Source: Patescibacteria group bacterium (GTDB lineage: Bacteria > Patescibacteriota > Patescibacteriia > JACRDY01). Taken from it: DNA of 64,000 nucleotides. Shown here piece by piece: positions 40,870 through 49,688 of the stretch. Position numbers and translations under genes: made by a program. The notes under the pieces were generated by a model that was not told where the DNA came from, searched no databases, and worked only from the letters and a program-made list of their open reading frames with translations. Each line of letters starts with the position of its first letter. Position 1 is the stretch's first letter. The stretch is from the NCBI GenBank assembly GCA_041653535.1, contig JBAZFH010000001.1, positions 86,175 through 150,174 on the forward strand, written 5' to 3'.

Positions 40870-41271
40870 TTATCGCTCAAAAGGTTTTATCCAACCGAGA
40901 TCTTGCCATAAAGCTAATTCATCAGAATAGGGCATTTCATTTTTCGAAATATGGTTTATGTAACATACTTCTATTTTTTTATTTAAAGCTCTGTTTAGTC
41001 CTAAAGCGAACGCCATTTCTGCAAATACGCCAGCTCCTATATAGCCAGCAATACCCTTTTTTTCAAAGTTTAGGGCTAGTACGATATCTGCCTTAGTTAT
41101 GGCATTGTAATGCTCGGAGAATTCTTTGTTGTAGCTATTTAGAAAATCGTTTTTAATTTTTGTAGGATATTTTAACACTTCAAAACCGTGTTTTTCTAAT
41201 CTATCTTTCCATTCCAGTATTTTTTCTTCAAAAGATGCGCTGGAACAAATTACGACTTTTTTCTTTTTCAT
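40870..41271 (-). CDS. Nucleoside 2-deoxyribosyltransferase-like (SLOG/NDT fold) small protein
   Basis: Rossmann-like 'KVVICSSASF...ADIVLAL...GAGVFAEMAFALGLNRAL' resembles NDT-like families. Low confidence. Confidence 0.35.
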   Translation of the reverse strand: MKKKKVVICSSASFEEKILEWKDRLEKHGFEVLKYPTKIKNDFLNSYNKEFSEHYNAITKADIVLALNFEKKGIAGYIGAGVFAEMAFALGLNRALNKKIEVCYINHISKNEMPYSDELALWQDLGWIKPFER

Positions 41272-41410
41272 ATTAATTTATTATTAAAGACTAAATATTT
41301 GTCACTTTTTATTATAATAACAACAACTCTTTTTTAAATCAAAGGGCTTTTAGGTTTTTGGCAAAAATACATATAATGATTAGTATTAATTGAGCGGGTT
41401 CCCTAGGGGC

Positions 41411-41552
41411 TTATTAACTAATCTGCCAGGAGATAAAAAAGCTTCTAATCGTGGGAGAATAGTTAATTTTTAGTAAAAATGTTTAAAATTAGATAAAAAA
41501 CATGGGTGGAAATACCCTTGTTTTTTTTAGTCTTTTTGTGTTGACAAAAATT
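41411..41552 (+). repeat. Right copy of the ~140-bp direct repeat; carries the promoter (TTGACA-N17-TAAGAT) of the downstream GT4 gene
   Basis: Duplicates the last 21 codons plus stop of the 37560-39365 gene and 77 bp of downstream sequence. Confidence 0.9.
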
Positions 41553-41598
41553 GTTATATATGTTAAGATGATTAATCGCATTGATAAAATTTTAATAT

Positions 41599-42753
41599 AT
41601 GAAAATAGCGTTTATCGGTCAAAAGGGTATTCCTACCAAATTTGGTGGAATCGAAAGGCATGTAGAAGAATTAGCTGTCCGTCTTGTTAAGGCTGGTCAG
41701 AAGGTTTTTGTTTATTGCCGCCCTTGGTATGCGCCAGTAGATAAAAAGTCCTTTCGTGGAATTAAATTAATTAGCCTGCCGTCTATCAGAACTAAACATT
41801 TGGATGCGATTTCTCATACTTTTATCGCCACTTTACACGCATTGTTTTCCGATTATGACATTATTCATTATCACGGAGTCGGTCCGGCTTTACTTTCTTT
41901 TATTCCGCGAATTTTTAAACCTCAAGTCAGGGTGGTGGCGACTTTTCATTGTATTGATCGCAAACATCAGAAATGGGGATTATTTGCCCGTACCTTTTTG
42001 AAGCTGGGAGAGCGTGCGGCTTGTTTGTTCGCTCATCAAACCATTACGGTTTCTAAAACATTACAATATTATTGTTCTCAGATCTATAATACCGATACTG
42101 TCTATATTCCCAACGGCGTTGGTCGCAAAAACGTTAATTGCGGCAGTGACCTGATCGCTAAAAAATTTGGCTTGCAGGAAAACGGTTATCTTTTAGTGGT
42201 TTCTCGTTTGGTCCGGCACAAAGGCATTCATTATTTGATTAATGCTTTTCATCGTCTAAAAACCGATAAAAAGCTGGTTATTGTCGGTGATTCTGCTTTT
42301 ACCGATGATTATGTTCAAGAGTTGCACGACTTGTCTTATGGCAGTAAAAACATTATTTTTACCGGATATCAAAACGGTAAAGTCTTAGATCAACTTTTTG
42401 CTAATGCTTACGCTTTTATTTTACCTTCTGAATCAGAGGGTTTGCCAATAGTTATCCTGGAAGCCATGGCTTACGGCAAGGCGGTGTTGGCTTCTGATAT
42501 TACTGAAAATCTGGAAGTAGTCCGCGGTCATGGTTTTAGTTTTCGTAATAAACAAATTGACGATTTAGTAAGCAGGCTAAAACATTTATTGGATAACCAA
42601 AAAAACGTGGAAGCTATTGGTAGAGAAAGTCGGGATTTTGTTATGCAAAATTATAACTGGGACGACATAGTAAAAAAGACCATAGTTCTTTATCACCAAA
42701 CTTTAAAAAGCGGAGCTAAAAAAGGCTTAGCGCCGTCTCAAGTGCAGGCTTAA
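41599..42753 (+). CDS. Glycosyltransferase family 4
   Basis: 'GIPTKFGGIERHVEEL' and C-terminal 'SEGLPIVILEAMAYGKAVLASD'. Confidence 0.75.
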   Translation: MKIAFIGQKGIPTKFGGIERHVEELAVRLVKAGQKVFVYCRPWYAPVDKKSFRGIKLISLPSIRTKHLDAISHTFIATLHALFSDYDIIHYHGVGPALLSFIPRIFKPQVRVVATFHCIDRKHQKWGLFARTFLKLGERAACLFAHQTITVSKTLQYYCSQIYNTDTVYIPNGVGRKNVNCGSDLIAKKFGLQENGYLLVVSRLVRHKGIHYLINAFHRLKTDKKLVIVGDSAFTDDYVQELHDLSYGSKNIIFTGYQNGKVLDQLFANAYAFILPSESEGLPIVILEAMAYGKAVLASDITENLEVVRGHGFSFRNKQIDDLVSRLKHLLDNQKNVEAIGRESRDFVMQNYNWDDIVKKTIVLYHQTLKSGAKKGLAPSQVQA

Positions 42754-42826
42754 AAAATTATAACTTAAAAGATAAAAAACCGCTCCAAAGAGGAGTGGTT
42801 TTTTAAAAAGCTTTCCCGGCAAGAAA

Positions 42827-43114
42827 CTATTTTTTATCTGTGTGTGGATAGCTTTTAGGGTTAGGGGAATACAAGGGGGAGGAAATTTTCCATTTTTCTA
42901 CAAACTGTCCGAGACCTTCTTTTGAAAGTTTATTTTTTACCGTTGGTCTCTTTTGTGACCACTTAAGAATATTTTCAAAGTTAAGGCGGTAGCGACCGCG
43001 AACAACTACGTACGTTATCTCTTGATTTTTTATAGCTCGGCGAATAGTTTTTTGATCAATGCCAAAAAGGCGAGCGGCTTCAGAAACAGATAGACGAATA
43101 GGAGAGTTGTTCAT
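42827..43114 (-). CDS. Excisionase/MerR-family-like helix-turn-helix DNA-binding protein
   Basis: 'LSVSEAARLFGIDQKTIRRAIKNQEI' matches the excisionase-family HTH pattern. Confidence 0.5.
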   Translation of the reverse strand: MNNSPIRLSVSEAARLFGIDQKTIRRAIKNQEITYVVVRGRYRLNFENILKWSQKRPTVKNKLSKEGLGQFVEKWKISSPLYSPNPKSYPHTDKK

Positions 43115-43469
43115 AATTTTATTTAGTTATTAATACAGGGATAATAGCATGTTTTGAAGATATATGTCCAGGATAGAGTGGACAAATACAAGTATACAGT
43201 ATGAAGTATCAGTATGCAGGGGGGGGGCGTGCTTGTTAGTTCCTGTTAACAAATTAGCGCCTGATACGTCTAATTATACGTATAAGTAATTAGCCGCTGT
43301 TATTAAATAGTAGATAAGGCCGTCGTTAGCAGTTAAGAGCTGTGTGCCAAGGCTATTTTAGTGGATAACCGCCTTGCTACCATAGCCCTTTTAAGCTACA
43401 ATAATTCCACTGTTTTACCTCAAATGTAGCACGAGGTGTAACAAAAAGACGGCTATTTCGTCATAGTAA

Positions 43470-44027
43470 ATGAGCAGTATTTCACAGAAAATCTTGTTAA
43501 TGAAGTTAAAGACCAAAGATCCGGAAATCTTCGGTCATTTTTATGATTTATATGTCAGTCGTATTTATCAGTTTATTTATTTTAAGGTTTCTTCCCGTGA
43601 GGAAGCTGAAGACTTAACCGCCGAAACTTTTTTGAAGATCTGGGAATACATTTTTGAGAATAAAAAAATTGACAATCTAAACGCTTTCACTTATCAGGTA
43701 GCGCGCAATCTCGTGATTGATTTCTATCGTAAGCGATCGCAGCAAAGATTGATTCCTGATTCCGATGAAAGTTTGGAGCAGTTACCCGATACTAAGACTA
43801 TGCCGGTAGACCAGCGGGTAGCTCTAGCCTCTGATGTAGAAAAGCTAGAAAAATATCTACGTCAGATGAAAGACGAATACCGTGAGGTGATCGTCCTGAA
43901 GTTTTTCGACGAATTAAGCATTAGTGAGATTGCCAGCGTGCTTGGCAAAAGCAACGGTAGCGTGAGGGTTTTGGCTCATCGCGCACTCAATACACTTAAA
44001 GAATTAGTTGAAAGAGATGAAAAATAA
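43470..44027 (+). CDS. ECF-type RNA polymerase sigma-70 factor
   Basis: Region 2 'AEDLTAETFLKIWE' and region 4 'ELSISEIASVLGKSNGSVRVLAHRAL'. Confidence 0.85.
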   Translation: MSSISQKILLMKLKTKDPEIFGHFYDLYVSRIYQFIYFKVSSREEAEDLTAETFLKIWEYIFENKKIDNLNAFTYQVARNLVIDFYRKRSQQRLIPDSDESLEQLPDTKTMPVDQRVALASDVEKLEKYLRQMKDEYREVIVLKFFDELSISEIASVLGKSNGSVRVLAHRALNTLKELVERDEK

Positions 44028-45159
44028 AGATTTCATCAATAAGCTAAAAGAAATTAAAACCGGTCAACCGGACTCCGAGTGGGTCAAACGGAACCGGGAT
44101 ATTTTGTTATACCAAGTTAAGGCCCAGCAGAGTTCTCGTTTCGAAATGTTTTCCAAAGACGGGGCTAATTATACATGGAGCGTATTTCGTTTATTATTTC
44201 CAACCAGCTTTGCCTATAGATTGACTGCCGTAGTTTGTTTGATGTTGGTTTTAATCGCCAGTAGTTCTGTTACCACTACTTGGGCTGATCGCAGTTTGCC
44301 TGGGGATTTTTTGTATCCGGTAAAATTAACATCCGAACGTGTTCAGCTAGCTTTTACTTTTGATCAAGAGTCGGAAACCAAATTGCAAGTCGAGTTTGCC
44401 GGTAAAAGACTGCAGGAAGTTGAACAGATTAGTCTGGGAGACGAGTCAGATGTTAATAAGGCCGACAAGATAAAGACTTCATTAAATGGTTATAAGAAAA
44501 ATATTCAACAAGTAAAGAACGATTTGGAAAAGATAAACAAGGAAAGTGAACCGGGAAAAGCAGCCGAACTCGCCTCTTTGGTAAGTAAGCAAGTTGGTGA
44601 TTATTCCACGGTCTTGGGTAACAAGGCTACTGTTCCAACGTCAGATATAAATGAGGCGATACTTGCGTCCGATCAGGTAGTTGATAAGAGTATTGATGTG
44701 GTTTTGGAAAAATATCAGCAAGTTGGCGGTACTAGCGTGCCGGTTTCTCCGCAGGAGCTCGCTATTATTTTTAATAAAAAAGCGGAAATAATTAGTAAGT
44801 TTATAGAAAATATAGAAGTGACTATCAAAGCGGGTAAAGATCTGACCGCTAGTGCTACCGGAGAGAACAAAGAATCTGTCCAAAAAGAAGCCGGAGACGC
44901 TCTGGGTAAATTTTTGGTTAAATTAGAAACTGCAAAAAACGACTTTAATAAAGTAAAAGAAACTTTTGCTAGCGGAGAAACGATAACGGCACTGAAAGAT
45001 ATCGTTAATATTTCTTCGACAGTAAAAGATTTGCAGGGCGATGTTTATAGCTTTGTTCAGGATTTACGAAATAAAGTAAAGGTTGAAATGCCGGAGGTTA
45101 AGGGCGAAGAGATAGAAACGGGAGACAGCAAAAATAGCCAATTGGAGGATTTAAAATAA
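44008..45159 (+). CDS. Putative anti-sigma factor: membrane protein with DUF5667-like extracytoplasmic domain
   Basis: Overlaps the sigma-factor stop. Single TM 'LTAVVCLMLVLIAS' followed by 'PGDFLYPVKLTSERVQLAF'. Confidence 0.55.
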   Translation: MKEMKNKDFINKLKEIKTGQPDSEWVKRNRDILLYQVKAQQSSRFEMFSKDGANYTWSVFRLLFPTSFAYRLTAVVCLMLVLIASSSVTTTWADRSLPGDFLYPVKLTSERVQLAFTFDQESETKLQVEFAGKRLQEVEQISLGDESDVNKADKIKTSLNGYKKNIQQVKNDLEKINKESEPGKAAELASLVSKQVGDYSTVLGNKATVPTSDINEAILASDQVVDKSIDVVLEKYQQVGGTSVPVSPQELAIIFNKKAEIISKFIENIEVTIKAGKDLTASATGENKESVQKEAGDALGKFLVKLETAKNDFNKVKETFASGETITALKDIVNISSTVKDLQGDVYSFVQDLRNKVKVEMPEVKGEEIETGDSKNSQLEDLK

Positions 45160-45370
45160 TTAATTAATTCACGTTAAGATTAATATGTAGGGTTCACTTT
45201 AGGTGGATTTTGCATAATTAATTGATATGTGAAAAATAACAAGGTCGATTCTCGCAAGAGAAGTTTTCACGGTTAATATTAATAAAATGTGCTTGTCTGG
45301 ATATATGTTAGTGCATTCCAATTGGGCATTAATATGTACTGGACGACACAAATGGAGAAAAAGGTCTATT

Positions 45371-48300
45371 ATGACAAAACTAATTAAAAAAGGTTTCACC
45401 GTCTCTGTTGTTGTAGCCACCATTTTTTGGGCTATCGGTTTAGCTGCATTTTTGCCTGTTGGCGCTGCAGCTGCTGTTGCCGAAGGTGACTTAATCAAGC
45501 AGGCCGGCAACCCGACTGTGTATTACTACTACGCCAGTAAGAGATATATCTTCCCGACTGAAGCCACTTACTTTTCATGGTACAGTGATTTCTCCGGCGT
45601 TAAGACTATTTCTCAGTCTGAGCTAGAAGCTATTCCTCTCGGTACTAACGTTGTAATCCGCCCAGGCACCAAGCTTGCAAAGATTACTACCAATCCGAAG
45701 GTTTATGCTGTTGCCCCAAATGGCGTTTTACGCCACATAGATAGTGAAGCTCGTGCTACAACTTTATTCGGCGCTAACTGGGCCAAGAGAGTCGTAGATG
45801 TTCCAGATGGTTTTTGGAACAACTACACCGAAGGCGCAGCTTTTACCTCCGATGTTCACCCAGCAGGTTCTTTAGTTAAATATGCCGCTTCTGGCGATAT
45901 TTACTATATTAATGCTGATGGCAAGAAGCAAAAATTTGCTTCTATGGATGCCTTCAATGCTAATCGCTTTAAATTAAGCGATGTCATCACAATTTCTGAT
46001 ACTTTGGTTTATACCACTGGTACTGAAATTACTGGTGCTCTTGGTAGTCTAACTAATACAGCTCAAGCTGGTGGTACCGCTACTGTTGGTACTGGCGCTT
46101 TGACTGTATCATTAGCTTCTGGTAATCCAGGCGCTATGACTGTTCCTACCAAGGCTTCTGGCGTTGAACTTCTACGCATTAATTTAACTGCTGGATCCAC
46201 TGCTTCTGCTCTAACCGAATTAACCGTCCACAGAACTGGCGTTGGCTCTGTATCTGACTTTGCTAACCTATATCTGTATGATGGTGCTACTCGTTTGACT
46301 AGCGGTCGCAGCATTGGTTCTTCTACCAATGATGCCGTGTTTACCAATTTAAATGTAGCTGTTGCTGCTAATACCACCAAGACTTTGATGGTCAAAGGTG
46401 ATATTGCTACTTCACCTACTGCTTCCGACGTTCACTACTTTGAGGTCAGCAATGCTGCCGCTGTAGTTGGCGCCGCTAGCGTAGCTGGCACTTTCCCTGT
46501 AAAGGGTAATGCCATCACTATTGGTAACCAGGCTGTTTCCACAGCTACTATCACCAAGGGTACTACCCCAGCTTCTCCGATTATCGGACAGACTGGCGCA
46601 ACCCTATCCGAGTTCAAGATTGCCGCTGGTTCTCATGACCTCGAATTGACTCAAATCGCTTTGACCCAGGCTGGTTCTACCAGTAATAGCAATTTAGCTA
46701 ATTTGAAGCTATATGCTAACGATGTTTTAGTAGCTTCTTCTGCTAGCATGACTGGTGATAAGATGATTTTCGTCTTGGACAGCGCTTATACTATTCCACA
46801 GGGTATTACCCGAATTTTCCAGGTCAAAGGCGACATCTCTGGTCGCTCGGGCTACACTGTTAGAACATATGTTGAATATGCTATCGATGTTGTAATTTCT
46901 GATAAGACTTACGGCATCGGTGCTTATGTTGATATCAGCACTTCTGGTACCTTTGATGGTTCCAGCACTGGTACCAAATACATTGAAGTTACTTCCAAGG
47001 GTGGTAAGGTGACCGTTGCTTTCAATGGTCCGCTCAAAGCCGATGTGGCCAAGGGTACCCAGGATGTAGAGTTCTACAAGTTTAGTATGACTGCTGCTGA
47101 TCAAGCAGTTGAAGTCAAGACTATCGGCTTCACTATTGCCAAACTTTCTACTGGTAATGGTAAAGTAAAAGGTTCTACCAACAATACTTTCACCGATCTT
47201 AAGATCACTGATTTGACTGCTGGTAAAACCATTATGGGTCCGAAGGAATACGTTGTGTCTGCTGATGCCACCACTACTGGCGAAGTTTCATTTACTGATT
47301 CTTTTGTCATTAATGCTGGCGAGACTAAGAATTTGGTCTTCACAGCCGATGTACGTAACACTGAGGATACTTCCGGTGACTTCATTGATGATGCTTTCCA
47401 GGCCACTTTGTCTGCCTTTGGCGACACCAGTATCCGCGAAGTATCAACCAACCAGTATCTAACTGCCTCTACTGACATCGTTCCGTATGCAGTTAACACT
47501 GGTAACAACATGACTGTCAAATCATCTGCTTTGACCGTTGCTCTAGCTTCTACCCCAAGTTCTGCGAACTTGGTCAAGAGAGCTACTGGTGTCAACACCG
47601 TTGCTTTCAGCTTCGATGCTGGTTCCCAGAGCGCTGTTAAGGTCAACTCTATAACCATGACTGGTTATGGCGATTTGGATGGTGGTGCTTCTTATACTGT
47701 TGGTGAATTTGATGATGTCGTTTTGTCCGCTTCTTTGTGGGATGGTACTACCCAAGTTGGTTCTACTGTCTCCCCAACTAGCGCAGGCGTATTAGCATTT
47801 ACCAACCTCAACTGGACCGTCCCAGCTGGCACTTCCAAGAAATTAACTGTGAAAACAGACGTTTCTTCTACTGCCGGTACAGGTGATAATGATATGTATT
47901 ATGTTCAGATGGCTGGTTCTGCCATTAGCGCTACTGACAAAGACAGCAATACTGTTGATGTCACTGGTACTTATAATGACAGCCCAACTGTTGCTCATAC
48001 CGTTTACAGCGCTGGTTCTTTGACCGTTGGTCAGGATTCAGCTTCCCCAGATGCTGATATCGTCGTTGCTGGTAATGCTGGCGTAGTAATGAGCAAATTC
48101 AAATTTGCCGCTACTCGCGAAGGTTACAACGTTACTAAAGCAAGAATTATTGTCTATAACGTAGGCGCTTCTGCTTATAACGCTAACACCGATGATAACT
48201 TTGACAGCATTGTTATCGAATATCCGAAGAAAGATGGTACTACTGGTACTGCTACTGGTTATCTATCCAGCGGCGCTGTCCAGTTCTCTGGTCTTGAGAT

Positions 48301-49144
48301 GTATGTTCCTAAAGATGGCGTAGCTGTGTTGACTGTTAAGGGTAACCTTAACACCATCAATGCTGGCGCTGACAGCGGTGAACAGCCAAGGCTAGATATC
48401 GACAACGATAATGCCACTGACAACGGATACTTCGCTGCTTCCGGTGAAGATTCTGGTACTGCTGTCTATGACAGCGGTTCAGCTGATATCACTGGTAAGG
48501 GTGGTATGGTTGTTCGTGCTACCAAGCCGACTGTAACCAAGGAAACCCTTGGCACTACTTTGACCACTGGTGACAACCAAGTCTTCAAGTTCAAGGTAGC
48601 TGCTGACGCTGCTCATTCTGTTGCGTTGAAGACTCTATGCTTCAACATCTCAACTTACGATGACAGTGCCTCTGCTTTGACTCTCGGTGTGTTCAAGCTC
48701 TACAACGCCGCTAACATGTCAACTCCGTTGAATGTTACTATCGTTGATGCTACCGCCACCGATTTGGAAAGCGGTACCTTAGCTGAGGGTAATAACCAAA
48801 AAGTATGGGTGCAGTTTGATGATGGTTCGGCTGAGACCATTGCCGCTGGTTCTTCTAAGACTTATGTCTTGAAGGGAACCGTGGCCAATGCCGCTCTCTA
48901 CGACAACATTACTACTACTCTCTATACCACTGGTGAAGTCCTTACAACCGGTGCTTTGGCTGCCGGCGCTACTCATGGTCGCGCTCAGGTTACCAACTCT
49001 ACCGAAAACGACTACTTCGTGTGGTCTGATTACTCTGGTGGTGACTCTGCTTGGTCTGATACTGTTGCGTCCTCGTCTTCTGACTGGACCAATGGTTATC
49101 TCGTCAAGACTCTACCTTCAGACAGTCATACTTTGACTTGGTAA
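45371..49144 (+). CDS. Giant (≈1257 aa) secreted Thr/Ser/Ala/Gly-rich surface (S-layer-like) protein
   Basis: Strong RBS 'ggagaaaaagg' before ATG 45371. Signal peptide present. Three N-terminal ~50-aa repeats are followed by a long beta-rich low-complexity region. Codon usage shifts toward GCT/ACT/GGT, consistent with high expression. Confidence 0.6.
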   Translation: MTKLIKKGFTVSVVVATIFWAIGLAAFLPVGAAAAVAEGDLIKQAGNPTVYYYYASKRYIFPTEATYFSWYSDFSGVKTISQSELEAIPLGTNVVIRPGTKLAKITTNPKVYAVAPNGVLRHIDSEARATTLFGANWAKRVVDVPDGFWNNYTEGAAFTSDVHPAGSLVKYAASGDIYYINADGKKQKFASMDAFNANRFKLSDVITISDTLVYTTGTEITGALGSLTNTAQAGGTATVGTGALTVSLASGNPGAMTVPTKASGVELLRINLTAGSTASALTELTVHRTGVGSVSDFANLYLYDGATRLTSGRSIGSSTNDAVFTNLNVAVAANTTKTLMVKGDIATSPTASDVHYFEVSNAAAVVGAASVAGTFPVKGNAITIGNQAVSTATITKGTTPASPIIGQTGATLSEFKIAAGSHDLELTQIALTQAGSTSNSNLANLKLYANDVLVASSASMTGDKMIFVLDSAYTIPQGITRIFQVKGDISGRSGYTVRTYVEYAIDVVISDKTYGIGAYVDISTSGTFDGSSTGTKYIEVTSKGGKVTVAFNGPLKADVAKGTQDVEFYKFSMTAADQAVEVKTIGFTIAKLSTGNGKVKGSTNNTFTDLKITDLTAGKTIMGPKEYVVSADATTTGEVSFTDSFVINAGETKNLVFTADVRNTEDTSGDFIDDAFQATLSAFGDTSIREVSTNQYLTASTDIVPYAVNTGNNMTVKSSALTVALASTPSSANLVKRATGVNTVAFSFDAGSQSAVKVNSITMTGYGDLDGGASYTVGEFDDVVLSASLWDGTTQVGSTVSPTSAGVLAFTNLNWTVPAGTSKKLTVKTDVSSTAGTGDNDMYYVQMAGSAISATDKDSNTVDVTGTYNDSPTVAHTVYSAGSLTVGQDSASPDADIVVAGNAGVVMSKFKFAATREGYNVTKARIIVYNVGASAYNANTDDNFDSIVIEYPKKDGTTGTATGYLSSGAVQFSGLEMYVPKDGVAVLTVKGNLNTINAGADSGEQPRLDIDNDNATDNGYFAASGEDSGTAVYDSGSADITGKGGMVVRATKPTVTKETLGTTLTTGDNQVFKFKVAADAAHSVALKTLCFNISTYDDSASALTLGVFKLYNAANMSTPLNVTIVDATATDLESGTLAEGNNQKVWVQFDDGSAETIAAGSSKTYVLKGTVANAALYDNITTTLYTTGEVLTTGALAAGATHGRAQVTNSTENDYFVWSDYSGGDSAWSDTVASSSSDWTNGYLVKTLPSDSHTLTW

Positions 49145-49192
49145 TCTTTACCAAATCGGGTTTGATAAAAAATTGTTAATTTAACTATTTTT

Positions 49193-49233
49193 CCTCCCGT
49201 CCTGCAGTTTGCATGGCGGGGGGTTTTTGTTTT
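49193..49233 (+). terminator. Rho-independent terminator of the giant surface-protein gene
   Basis: 'cccgtcctgcagtttgcatggcgggggg' hairpin followed by 'tttttgtttt'. Confidence 0.55.
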
Positions 49234-49688
49234 AATTAGTTAAAACTCCGCATGTAAGAGAAGAGTGCTCTTGGAAGTGTAGTCCTTGGATAGATAAAGC
49301 AAATATTTTTATCTTGTTACCCATCTTTTGCCCTCATGCCGCCTGCCTGCCGGTAGGCAGGGGCGGGCAGTTGCTTTCTGTAACTAGAAAGCAACCAAAG
49401 AGTTCCGGGGGCGCAAGCAAGCGCATGTCCTTACCACCTTAAGGTTTCCTTACCCCGCCCCGCCCCTGCAGACCATAATTACCGAAACGGGTCGGGGCTC
49501 GGCGCAGCTTACGCCCCCGGACCCTCGACGTTTTAACAACTTAATATTTTTGAAATAAGATTAATGTCTCGGCTGAAGTAGCCAGTAAATAGAGGGGCGG
49601 TAGTTCATTATCCACCCCTCTTGGCGAAAGTCGAAATATGCTATAATATAGTAGTTAATCTATTACGAGGAGATTTTTTATTTAAAAT

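Noticed and set aside
41502-41690. 62-aa + ORF starting inside the right direct repeat
   Set aside because: It overlaps the promoter and 5' end of the GT4 gene in another frame and is implausible.
46063-48976. Multiple 60-185-aa minus-strand ORFs inside the 1257-aa surface-protein gene
   Set aside because: Low-complexity Thr/Ala/Gly coding sequence produces long spurious antisense ORFs. They have no RBS or motifs.
49330-49540. Identity of the GC-rich element as RNase P RNA (minus strand)
   Set aside because: It has a GGTAAGG...GGTGGTAAG resemblance only. There is no P4 'GGAAAGTCCGG' / 'ACAGAANCCGGCTTA' pair, and the GC-rich core (~200 nt) is too short. Kept only as an unclassified ncRNA candidate.
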